Virus record (IMG/VR): IMGVR_UViG_3300017754_002221
Span: 1 to 26,103 of that record
DNA from: a virus
Lineage: Duplodnaviria; Caudoviricetes
DNA length: 26,103 bases
Reading direction: 5' to 3' (one strand)
The notes under the pieces were generated by a model. That model was not told the DNA's origin, did no database searches, and saw nothing but the letters and a program-made list of their open reading frames with translations. This document shows positions 7,356-15,627 of this stretch, piece after piece. Position 1 is the first letter of the stretch; each line of letters starts with the position of its first letter. The translations under genes and the position numbers were made by a program.

Positions 7356-7730
7356 ATGTTTTTAGGAATTTTGAAGAAGAAAACTTCTGGCTTAGCATAT
7401 CATACAAAGAAAGAAAAGATGGCTTATGATTTATTTATAAGCAAGATAAAAGACGGAGAAGAGGTAGAAATCTTTATGGCTATTAAAGGTAAGAAAGCAA
7501 ATCTTGCTCAGATATCTAAAGTACATGCTTCTATAAGAACAATAGCCTTAGAGTTAGGTTATTCTTTTGAAGACATGAAACTTATTATAAAGATGCAATC
7601 TGGTCTGTTCTTTGAAGCAGAAGATGAAGCAATATGTAAATCATTTGCTGATTGTACAAGTGAGGAAATAAGTTTAGCTATTCAAGCATGTAATGAAGTA
7701 GCTGAGAAACACGGGATTATTCTTGGGTAG
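7356..7730 (+). CDS. Hypothetical protein, possibly NinB/Orf-like recombination mediator
   Basis: QISKVHASIRTIALELGYSFEDMK...KSFADCTSEEISLAI loosely resembles NinB-type proteins. The function is a weak inference. Confidence 0.55.
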   Translation: MFLGILKKKTSGLAYHTKKEKMAYDLFISKIKDGEEVEIFMAIKGKKANLAQISKVHASIRTIALELGYSFEDMKLIIKMQSGLFFEAEDEAICKSFADCTSEEISLAIQACNEVAEKHGIILG

Positions 7731-8031
7731 GTTCTACATAACCTTCATCACCAGGTTCAAGAACTTCTTTCTCAGTAAATAAATCATTATCAATAGCTTT
7801 TTTCTCAATGTCAGTAACCATTATAGTAATAGTAAAGAACACTTGTTGAATTTCACTCATTTTACCATAGTCACCAGTCATCATAGATTTAATGCCTTCA
7901 TCTGAACGCTCATCATCTGACATATTTTTAAATAAATATAACAGTGCGCTCTTAAGCATCATATAATATGATTTGTTGACTGTTGTATCTATAAGTGAGT
8001 CATCCTTTAGTTCTTTTATTTTTACTGCCAT
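7717..8031 (-). CDS. Lone minus-strand acidic hypothetical protein (104 aa)
   Basis: Start reassigned to MAVKIKELKD (8031). It fills a 330-bp gap with no long + ORF, and local base skew is inverted. Confidence 0.8.
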   Translation of the reverse strand: MAVKIKELKDDSLIDTTVNKSYYMMLKSALLYLFKNMSDDERSDEGIKSMMTGDYGKMSEIQQVFFTITIMVTDIEKKAIDNDLFTEKEVLEPGDEGYVEPTQE

Positions 8032-8047
8032 AAGAAATAATTTTACA

Positions 8048-8055
8048 CAAAAATA
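8048..8055 (-). promoter_or_regulatory. TAnnTTTG -7 element for the minus-strand gene
   Basis: Reverse complement is TATTTTTG, 16 nt upstream of ATG 8031. No -33 TTTG at canonical spacing. Confidence 0.45.
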
Positions 8056-8062
8056 AAAAAAT

Positions 8063-8776
8063 ATGAGTACAAAACTTGATATTGAGGACATTAAAGAAAA
8101 AATCCATGCTAAACTCAAACCTTCTGGTTGGGATAGAGTATTAAGAGGTTTTATATTTAGTAAAGAGTTTGAGACAATAATTCAAACACTAGCTAAACAA
8201 TCTAAAGATGGAAAGAGATTTACTCCTACAATGAGAAACTGGTTTAGGGCATTTGAAGAATGTCCTTATGATCAATTAAAAGTAGTTATTGTAGGACAAG
8301 ATCCATATCCAGGATTAGATCAAGCTGATGGGATAGCATTTAGTTTAAAAGATGCTCCAGTAATTCAACCTAGTTTAGACTATATGCTCAAAGAAATAAA
8401 CAAAACTGTTTACAATGGAGTAAATGCATCTAGAGATAAAGACTTAACAAGATGGGCTAATCAAGGTGTATTGCTTATTAATATTGCTTTGACAACTACT
8501 ATAGGTAAAGTAGGTCAACACTATCTTGTGTGGAGACCGTTTATTGCTTATCTATTTGACTGGTTGACCTGGTATAATAACGGACTTGTTTACATCTATA
8601 TGGGTAAGAAAGCTGAAGAATGGGCTGATGCTGTGAATGATAACAATTATAAATTCTTTACATCTCATCCAGCCTCAGCAAGTTATAATAATTTAGAAGA
8701 GTGGGATAGCAAGAATGTATTTGTAGAGACAAAAGAAATCTTGAAAAAGAACTATAACTTTGAAATAGAATGGTAG
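8063..8776 (+). CDS. ung: Uracil-DNA glycosylase, family 1
   Basis: VVIVGQDPYP, GIAFS, WANQGVLLIN, SHPASA motifs. Confidence 0.95.
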   Translation: MSTKLDIEDIKEKIHAKLKPSGWDRVLRGFIFSKEFETIIQTLAKQSKDGKRFTPTMRNWFRAFEECPYDQLKVVIVGQDPYPGLDQADGIAFSLKDAPVIQPSLDYMLKEINKTVYNGVNASRDKDLTRWANQGVLLINIALTTTIGKVGQHYLVWRPFIAYLFDWLTWYNNGLVYIYMGKKAEEWADAVNDNNYKFFTSHPASASYNNLEEWDSKNVFVETKEILKKNYNFEIEW

Positions 8777-8777
8777 T

Positions 8778-9371
8778 ATGGAAGATATATTTAATAAACT
8801 AATCAAGCTTAATCTAACTCCTAATCAGTACTATTTACTTTACTGTAAGAAGAATAACATAAATCCAGTATTGAATATCAATATAAGCATTGAATATGCA
8901 AGGTTATTAAATGCTGAATGGATTGATTCTAATAATGAGCTTACTAGTAAATCAATAATACTTGTACAGGAGCTAGATTCATTCTTTAAAGTATCTAAAA
9001 AGAAGACATCTAAGCAAGTTTTAGGTGAGGATTTCCTTCTAAAGATTGATGAATATTTAGATATTTTCCCTAAATTTAAACTTCCAAGTAACAAATATGC
9101 TAGATCTGATAAAAAGAACTTAGAGACAAACTTTAGATGGTTCTTTGAAACACACAATTATTCTTGGGATACAGTATTAGAAGCAACAAGGCTTTATGTA
9201 AATGAATTTGAAAGACAAGGTTATAAGTACATGAGAACCTCTCAGTATTTTATAAGGAAGCAGAGTTCTGCTGAAAGATCTTTTGAATCAGAGTTAGCTA
9301 ATTATTGTGAAGCATATTTAAGTGGCAGTACAGATTATAGTGAAAATCATTTTAGTGAAAGGGTAGTGTAA
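8778..9371 (+). CDS. Hypothetical protein, candidate replication initiator/helicase loader
   Basis: 197-aa ORF just upstream of the DnaB-like gene, with a wHTH-like N-terminus. The function is inferred from position only. Confidence 0.55.
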   Translation: MEDIFNKLIKLNLTPNQYYLLYCKKNNINPVLNINISIEYARLLNAEWIDSNNELTSKSIILVQELDSFFKVSKKKTSKQVLGEDFLLKIDEYLDIFPKFKLPSNKYARSDKKNLETNFRWFFETHNYSWDTVLEATRLYVNEFERQGYKYMRTSQYFIRKQSSAERSFESELANYCEAYLSGSTDYSENHFSERVV

Positions 9372-9544
9372 TGGGGAAATTAAAATTGCTTACTATATCA
9401 ATAATTGGTAGTATAATAGGATACTATGTTATTGATTTATTTATTATTGATGTGAGTATTATTCAATACTTATTAATTGAAGTTGTTGTTTCAGTAATAC
9501 ATTATATGTATCAAAAAGCTAAGTATGAAACAATAAATATATAG
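9371..9544 (+). CDS. 57-aa membrane protein (not in ORF track)
   Basis: MGKLKLLTISIIGSIIGYYVIDLFIIDVSIIQYLLIEVVVSVIHYMYQKAKYETINI*; TAATG-coupled and fills the gap exactly. Confidence 0.7.
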   Translation: MGKLKLLTISIIGSIIGYYVIDLFIIDVSIIQYLLIEVVVSVIHYMYQKAKYETINI

Positions 9545-9546
9545 AA

Positions 9547-10551
9547 ATGGATAAAGCTGAATCAAGAAAGAAAAAGTGGAATAGTCAAAGAGAGGGATTC
9601 CAAGAATCATTAAAGTACTTACAGGGCAGGATGTCAGGTCATATTAAAAGCCTTAAGACTCCCTGGCCTAAGTTTAATGATGCAACAACTGATGGTATAG
9701 AATGGAATACTTTAACTGTTATTGGTGGTAGACCTGCTAGTGGTAAGACATTGATTGCTGAACAGATTGTACGTGAATCCTTTCCTCTAAATCCAGGGGA
9801 AAACTTTAGAGTATTACAGTTTCAGTTTGAGATGTTAGCTAGAACTTCTGCAATACGTGAGTATTCCAGTGTTATTGGTAAATCCTATAAGTACTTATGT
9901 AGTGCTGATGGGAAGTTATCAGATTATGATTTACAAAAATGTTATGATTACGCAAAAGAGAAAGTAAAGTATCCAATAGATGTAGTAGAAACTCCTTGTA
10001 CTATAGATGAATTTAAGGAGATAGTTAGGGATTACATGCACTTTCATGCAAAATATGATTCTGAAGGCAATATGATTTTTCCAAAAGTGCTGATTACTAT
10101 AGATCACTCTTTGTTATTTAAGAAAGCACCATATGAGAAAGATAAGCATGATATGCTTAACAACTTAGGTGAAGCTCTTACATTACTAAAAAGAATGTAC
10201 TCACTTTCTTTTATTGTTTTAAGTCAGCTCAATAGAAATATTGACAACCCTGAAAGGAATGAAGAAGGTAAATATGGTAATTATGTACTTGAGTCTGATT
10301 TATTCGGGGCAGATGCTTTGCTTCAGCATGCGGATACTGTAATTGGTATAAATAGACCGGCTAAGCAAAAGATTAGGTTTTATGGTCCTGATAGGTATGT
10401 GATTGAAGATGATAGGGTAATAGTATTACATTTTCTAAAATGCAGAAATGGGGACACTAGACTTAGTTTCTTTAAAGCTGAATTTGAAAAGATGAAAATT
10501 GTTGAAATGCTTACCCCTCCTCAACAGGAGAAAAGATTAACAACCAAATAG
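9547..10551 (+). CDS. dnaB: DnaB-like replicative helicase (SF4 motor domain)
   Basis: GGRPASGKT, ITIDH, LSQLNR, DLFGADALLQHAD, KCRNG. Confidence 0.92.
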   Translation: MDKAESRKKKWNSQREGFQESLKYLQGRMSGHIKSLKTPWPKFNDATTDGIEWNTLTVIGGRPASGKTLIAEQIVRESFPLNPGENFRVLQFQFEMLARTSAIREYSSVIGKSYKYLCSADGKLSDYDLQKCYDYAKEKVKYPIDVVETPCTIDEFKEIVRDYMHFHAKYDSEGNMIFPKVLITIDHSLLFKKAPYEKDKHDMLNNLGEALTLLKRMYSLSFIVLSQLNRNIDNPERNEEGKYGNYVLESDLFGADALLQHADTVIGINRPAKQKIRFYGPDRYVIEDDRVIVLHFLKCRNGDTRLSFFKAEFEKMKIVEMLTPPQQEKRLTTK

Positions 10552-10558
10552 TAAATGT

Positions 10559-11104
10559 ATGAGTTTATCAACTAAGAATCCTTCTATTAATAGACAGGAG
10601 AAGACAGAGGAGCTGATTAAATATCATGATTGGAAATTCAAAATGATTCAAGAAGAAAATCCTTTATTCATTCCTAAGTGTGCTTACACACCTAAAGGTA
10701 AACATGAAACACATATTGGGTTTTTTCAAAGTGAAGTAAAGAAAGGTAGAGACATATACACTGAATTTACAAGCATTGACCTTGATCCAGAAGATCCAAA
10801 CAGAACTCTTTACAAGTGGAGATTTAACCCACATTATGAAGAAGAGTATGATAAAACAGAACCAGCTCAAAATGGGCATTACAGGTATCTAGTTCCAGTA
10901 TCAGAATTAATTAAGATTGAAGTTGAGACAAAGTCTGAGCAAACAAGCTTATTTCCTGACTTTGATGAGATTATGGATCCAGATGCTGATGCACCATTGA
11001 ATCAGATTACTTTAAGAGATCTTGCGGCTATCTTGCTGAAGAAACCTGTAAGTAATAAAAAATGGTTAAATGATATAATTAAATCAAAGGTATCATGGGA
11101 ATAG
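10559..11104 (+). CDS. Hypothetical protein in the replication operon
   Basis: 181-aa ORF between the DnaB-like helicase and the ATPase. Confidence 0.75.
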   Translation: MSLSTKNPSINRQEKTEELIKYHDWKFKMIQEENPLFIPKCAYTPKGKHETHIGFFQSEVKKGRDIYTEFTSIDLDPEDPNRTLYKWRFNPHYEEEYDKTEPAQNGHYRYLVPVSELIKIEVETKSEQTSLFPDFDEIMDPDADAPLNQITLRDLAAILLKKPVSNKKWLNDIIKSKVSWE

Positions 11105-11844
11105 TATTGCCAACAACAAAGATGGCTCCTGAATTCAAGAGTCCTAAAAATCTTATTATCTTTTCTAAACCTAAGATAGGTAAAACAAGTTTATTATCAA
11201 CACTTGATAATTGCTTGATCCTTGATTTAGAAGGAGGTACTAAGTATCTGAACGCTATGAAAGTAGATGCTAAATCCTTTGAAGATATCAAAGAGATTGG
11301 TAAAGCTATTAAAGATGCAGGTAATCCATACAAGTATATTGCTGTAGATACAATTACAGCTTTAGAAGAAATGGTTATACCATATGCTGAACAACTTTAT
11401 TCTAGAACTCCAATAGGTAAGAACTGGTTCAATCCAGGAGGAGGTAAAGAAAAGTATGGTAACATACTTGGTTTGCCTGAAGGTGCCGGATATTTCTGGA
11501 CTAGACAAGCATTTACAAAAGTTATGGAATATATTCTAACTTGGGCTCCTTATGTCATATTTGTAGGTCACGTAAAAGATACTCAGCTTGAAAAAGCAGG
11601 TGGTACTTTTTCTTCTATGGATTTAGATTTAACAGGTAAGCTTAAGAGAATTACAACTTCTAATTCAGATGCTATTGGGTATCTATTTAGAAAAGGTGAC
11701 AAGAATATTCTCAGCTTTAGAACAAATGATGATATCTCTTGTGGAGCTAGACCACCACATCTTAAGAATCAGGAAATAGTAATTTCTGAAGTAGATGAGA
11801 ATGGTGAGTATAAAACTTACTGGGATAAAGTATTTATTGATTAA
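11095..11844 (+). CDS. Sak4-like (AAA_24) P-loop ATPase / recombinase
   Basis: FSKPKIGKTS, LDLEGG, AVDTIT, FVGHVKD, SDAIGY; followed by an SSB-like gene. Confidence 0.85.
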   Translation: MGIVLPTTKMAPEFKSPKNLIIFSKPKIGKTSLLSTLDNCLILDLEGGTKYLNAMKVDAKSFEDIKEIGKAIKDAGNPYKYIAVDTITALEEMVIPYAEQLYSRTPIGKNWFNPGGGKEKYGNILGLPEGAGYFWTRQAFTKVMEYILTWAPYVIFVGHVKDTQLEKAGGTFSSMDLDLTGKLKRITTSNSDAIGYLFRKGDKNILSFRTNDDISCGARPPHLKNQEIVISEVDENGEYKTYWDKVFID

Positions 11845-11863
11845 CAATTTAAAAACAAACAAA

Positions 11864-12544
11864 ATGGCTTTAAGCACAACAAATCTTGCATCTGAAGGTG
11901 GTTCTGGACTACCTAAAACAATTTCACCAGGAAATTATACATTAAAGTTGAACAGTCTTTCTTTGGAAGATTTCAAATTTATTCCAGGTGCTAAACATTT
12001 AGTAATGAATGTAGAAACTGAACCTATTGATGGCTTTGAAGGCTTTATGATTGATAAAGACAATCCAGAAGCTGGACATCATGCAGGGCAAATTGGTAGA
12101 GTAAAAGCTAGCCAATATGCATTTGCAGATGGTCAAACTAAAAGTGGAGTTAAGGTAGAAAGAGATAAGTCTTTGATGATTTTTCTTAAGAACTTGACTA
12201 CTGCATTAGGGGCTCAAGATTGGTTTCTTTCTCAAGATAATAAGCATGACACTATTGAAGAGTTCATTGATGCTTTTAACAATGAGAGACCATTTGAAAA
12301 TACATATCTAGAATTCTGTATTGCTGGTAAGGAATATGAAGGTAAGAGTGGATATACTAATTATGATATGTGGTTACCAAAAGGTTCTAAAGGAGTTTAT
12401 TCCTTTTCACCTAAAGGAGGTTCTGTAATGGAATTTAATGAATCTGAACATCTTAAGAAAATGGAGGCCAAGCCTGTAGAATCTTTTGGTGATGATGATT
12501 TTGAAGTTCCGTCAAGAGCTGCTTCTGACTTCAACCTAGACTAG
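11864..12544 (+). CDS. Putative single-stranded DNA-binding protein
   Basis: Start reassigned to MALSTTN after an A-rich leader. PGNYTLKL strand, acidic C-tail (FGDDDFEV...DFNLD), position after Sak4. Confidence 0.65.
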   Translation: MALSTTNLASEGGSGLPKTISPGNYTLKLNSLSLEDFKFIPGAKHLVMNVETEPIDGFEGFMIDKDNPEAGHHAGQIGRVKASQYAFADGQTKSGVKVERDKSLMIFLKNLTTALGAQDWFLSQDNKHDTIEEFIDAFNNERPFENTYLEFCIAGKEYEGKSGYTNYDMWLPKGSKGVYSFSPKGGSVMEFNESEHLKKMEAKPVESFGDDDFEVPSRAASDFNLD

Positions 12545-12549
12545 TAAAA

Positions 12550-12586
12550 TAGTGAGGGGGAGTTAGAAATAGCTTCCCCTTTACTA
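12550..12586 (+). terminator. Hairpin / probable terminator
   Basis: TAGTGAGGGGGAGTTA-GAAA-TAGCTTCCCCTTTACTA with a GNRA loop; weak U-tract. Confidence 0.65.
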
Positions 12587-12600
12587 TAAAATCTATAATT

Positions 12601-13581
12601 ATGATTTCTACAAAAAATATTATCACTTCTTCAAATGATATACCTTCAGAGTGGATATTTGAGTATTATCTGAATCTTAGAGAAAAGCTGATTGGTCAAG
12701 ATGTAAGAATACATTCTGTATTTAGAACTGAGCGTACTCCATCTATGTTTGTTTACTTTAATGTATCTACTAATGATTATAGATACAAAGATTTCTCTAC
12801 TGGTAAACAGGGCTCAGGTATTAGTATGGTAATGGAGTTATTTAATCTTCCTTTTAGTGAAGCTCTAAATAAGATTACAGCAGACTATGAAAAGTTTATA
12901 AAGGATAATCAGTATCAGTCTGGTAAGATTCATAAGATACATGATAAATATAAAGTTGTAGATTATGAAATCAGGCACTGGAATTCTTTTGATAGTCAGT
13001 ATTGGTCTTCTTTTCACATTGGTTCTAAGATGTTAGATCTATATAACGTATCTCCTATCTCTTATTTTACTATGCAGAAGAAGGAGCTAGATGACAGCAT
13101 TACTTCTCTAACATTTAGAAAAAACTATGTCTATGGTTATTTTAGAGAAGATGGTCAGTTGTATAAAATCTATATGCCTAAGAATCCGGATAAAAAGTTT
13201 ATCAAGGTTCAGAATTATATTCAAGGTACAGATCAATTAAAGTATAATAGTAATTACTTAGTAATTACAGCTTCTTTAAAAGATCTAATGGCTTTCAGGA
13301 GATTAGGTATTTCTAATATAGAATGTATTGCTCCAGATAGTGAGAATAGTATGATTCCAGAAATAGAGCTTAAAAAACTGAAGAAGAAATATAAATCTAT
13401 AATTACTTTATTTGATAATGATGAGGCTGGTATAAAGTCAATGGAAAAATATCATGAGAGATATGGGTTTAATTATATTAAATTCAATATTGAAAAAGAT
13501 ATTTCTGATGCTGTACGTGCTGTGGGAATAGATAAAGTTAGAGAAGAGTTATTTCCTTTATTAAAAGAAGCAATAAAATGA
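12601..13581 (+). CDS. DNA primase (Toprim) with degenerate Zn-binding domain
   Basis: ERTPSM...YKDFSTG primase N-domain pattern, LFDNDEAG (DxD), KDISD. Confidence 0.85.
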   Translation: MISTKNIITSSNDIPSEWIFEYYLNLREKLIGQDVRIHSVFRTERTPSMFVYFNVSTNDYRYKDFSTGKQGSGISMVMELFNLPFSEALNKITADYEKFIKDNQYQSGKIHKIHDKYKVVDYEIRHWNSFDSQYWSSFHIGSKMLDLYNVSPISYFTMQKKELDDSITSLTFRKNYVYGYFREDGQLYKIYMPKNPDKKFIKVQNYIQGTDQLKYNSNYLVITASLKDLMAFRRLGISNIECIAPDSENSMIPEIELKKLKKKYKSIITLFDNDEAGIKSMEKYHERYGFNYIKFNIEKDISDAVRAVGIDKVREELFPLLKEAIK

Positions 13582-14003
13582 ATTGGATATACAACAACGT
13601 GGAATTTAATGATAACATGATTCCAGAAGGAGCAGTAGGTTTTATCTATGAGATGTCTGCTATTATAGACGGTAAATCTGTTAGGTATATTGGTAAAAAG
13701 AACTTTTTTGCTAAAATTAAAAGAAAGCTAGGGAAGAAAGCTTTAGCAATGACCACGGATAAAAGACTCAAGAAATACAGACTTGATCTTAGACCAGACT
13801 ATGAAAAGTATTACAGTAGTAATAAAATCCTTAAAGATGCTCACAAAGCTGGAGTTATCATTAAAAGAAAGATGCTTATGATATGTTACTCTCAAATGGA
13901 ATTAACATATCAAGAAGTAAAGCACCAGTTTATCTATGAGGTGCTTGAGAAAGAAGAATTCTTAAATGGCAATATACTAGGCCGCTTTTACAAAACAAAA
14001 TAG
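13578..14003 (+). CDS. GIY-YIG (Seg-like) nuclease, single domain
   Basis: GFIYEM...RYIGKK, YYSS, ELTYQE, FLNGNI. Confidence 0.75.
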   Translation: MNWIYNNVEFNDNMIPEGAVGFIYEMSAIIDGKSVRYIGKKNFFAKIKRKLGKKALAMTTDKRLKKYRLDLRPDYEKYYSSNKILKDAHKAGVIIKRKMLMICYSQMELTYQEVKHQFIYEVLEKEEFLNGNILGRFYKTK

Positions 14004-14005
14004 TT

Positions 14006-14410
14006 ATGACAGAATTAGAAATGACAGGCCTTCTTATTAAGTTGGCTGACCATGGTGTGACCGGAATTAAAATACATTATGATGGTTCAGGAGATAGTGG
14101 AGCTATAGAAGAAATATGTTATACAACTGATCCTTGTGCTAGTCCAAGTGATGTAGATGATAATGTAGAAATCTGGGGTTCAAGCTATAGTCTTTCAAAT
14201 CTTGATGAAACAGCTTATAAAGCAATTGAAAATTTTGCATATGAGAAACTTCTAGAAGATATAGAAGATTGGTATAATAATGAGGGTGGCTTTGGAGATA
14301 TTAGTATCTGTGTACCATCTGGTAAATATATGATTGATAATCATGTTAGATATTATCAAACAGAGGACTACCAGCATGAGGGAAGTTTACTTACTAAATC
14401 TGTAGAGTAA
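14006..14410 (+). CDS. Acidic protein, DUF6878-like
   Basis: YDGSGDSG and DWYNNEGGFG motifs (family recalled from memory). Confidence 0.65.
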   Translation: MTELEMTGLLIKLADHGVTGIKIHYDGSGDSGAIEEICYTTDPCASPSDVDDNVEIWGSSYSLSNLDETAYKAIENFAYEKLLEDIEDWYNNEGGFGDISICVPSGKYMIDNHVRYYQTEDYQHEGSLLTKSVE

Positions 14411-14757
14411 TGGCACATCCTTGGGATCATGCAAAGTCCAGTTCTAGAAAATGGGGTGGAAAACCAGAAGAGTATTTACAATACCATGAGTGGTTTGATG
14501 CAACAAAGGCCTGGATAGGACATTCTAAGCATAGAATGTTTAGACATCACAGTGAAGGTATATTTGAATTGGAAAAAATCTTTGGAGTAAGCTTTGTAAA
14601 CTCCGTAGGAAAAACTGTATATACAAGATATATTGGTGAGCAGCATGTAAAGGAAGATTGCTTTGGATATATTCCTAGTGCAAAAGAATGGGTAAAGGCT
14701 TTAGAGTCCGGCAAACCTGAAGAATGGATGATTAAAACTTTAAAAATTGAAGACTGA
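14410..14757 (+). CDS. His-rich protein, DUF6915-like
   Basis: MAHPWDHAKSS...WGG...HEWFD...HRMFRHHSEG...EQHVKED (family recalled from memory). Confidence 0.7.
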   Translation: MAHPWDHAKSSSRKWGGKPEEYLQYHEWFDATKAWIGHSKHRMFRHHSEGIFELEKIFGVSFVNSVGKTVYTRYIGEQHVKEDCFGYIPSAKEWVKALESGKPEEWMIKTLKIED

Positions 14758-15044
14758 TGGAAAAAGTAAATAACATATTTACAGTAGATTCTGTAATAGA
14801 AGAAGGTAATTACATAAAAGTAACTGGAATATATCAGATACCTGAAGGTTTACCATTTGAAAGAGGTGATATACTTACTGAAGATAAGTATAATGGTCAT
14901 CAGATTTATGTAAGTTTTAGTGGTAAAAGTGTTGATTCTGATAAAGATAGTTTGACACTAGATACAAAAAGTATGCATCCAAAAGTTACAAAAGAGTTGA
15001 TAGATATTATTCCAGGAATGATGTTATTTAAAATTGAAGACTAA
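14757..15044 (+). CDS. Hypothetical protein ending KIED
   Basis: 95-aa ORF bounded by the junction repeats. Confidence 0.75.
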   Translation: MEKVNNIFTVDSVIEEGNYIKVTGIYQIPEGLPFERGDILTEDKYNGHQIYVSFSGKSVDSDKDSLTLDTKSMHPKVTKELIDIIPGMMLFKIED

Positions 15045-15235
15045 TGGAAAGAATAGATCAAATTAGAGAAGAAATAGAAGTTTTAATTAATCAAGCTATT
15101 GAACTTTTAGAAAAAAACTATGATATGGACAATGCTGATACTGATAATCCTGCATACATGACTATAATGGACTTAAATGGTGCATTAACAGAATTAGAAT
15201 ATTTAAATGAAGAAGGATTAAAAACTGAAGACTGA
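15044..15235 (+). CDS. Small acidic helical protein ending KTED
   Basis: 63-aa ORF bounded by the junction repeats. Confidence 0.7.
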   Translation: MERIDQIREEIEVLINQAIELLEKNYDMDNADTDNPAYMTIMDLNGALTELEYLNEEGLKTED

Positions 15236-15627
15236 TGATTCTAGAAGTAAATGATTTAGAAAATATTCTGAAGATGTTAAATTCAGAAGATAAAGACAAC
15301 TCATATGTTGCTTTTAAAGCACTTGATTCATATGAGTTCAAAGACACAGATGTTAATAAGTTACTTTACTTATATAAGTTTAGCCCCTATTCTAATCAAC
15401 AATGGAGTGAAAACTGTGAAAAAGCTTATAAAATACTAGAAACTTGTTCGGATTTAAGTAAACCAATTACATATGCTGAAGCATTAAATATAATGGTTAA
15501 TAATAATGCTGAGGAAGATATTCTTAATATGTTTTTAGAAAAGCATACTAAACTTCTAACAGGAACACTAAGAGCTTTAGGGTATCCTGCTGATAAGATT
15601 GAGTTAAGTTTAAAACTTAAGAAATGA
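15235..15627 (+). CDS. Helical hypothetical protein with the shared MxxSEDxDN motif
   Basis: ENILKMLNSEDKDNSYVA near the N-terminus. Confidence 0.75.
   Translation: MILEVNDLENILKMLNSEDKDNSYVAFKALDSYEFKDTDVNKLLYLYKFSPYSNQQWSENCEKAYKILETCSDLSKPITYAEALNIMVNNNAEEDILNMFLEKHTKLLTGTLRALGYPADKIELSLKLKK

Larger units (their letters stand above)
14743..15237 (+). repeat. Three 17-bp direct repeats AAAAYTGAAGACTRATG at consecutive gene junctions
   Basis: 14743-14759 AAAATTGAAGACTGATG; 15030-15046 AAAATTGAAGACTAATG; 15221-15237 AAAACTGAAGACTGATG. Confidence 0.9.

Noticed and set aside
13578-14003. Third mobile homing element
   Set aside because: Single GIY-YIG domain with no DNA-binding extension, dedicated promoter, hairpin or flanking duplication. 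More likely a resident nuclease.
14743-15237. CRISPR array or integron attC sites
   Set aside because: The repeats are 17 bp, non-palindromic, lack GTTRRRY cores and are spaced by whole genes. There is no cas or integrase gene in the window.
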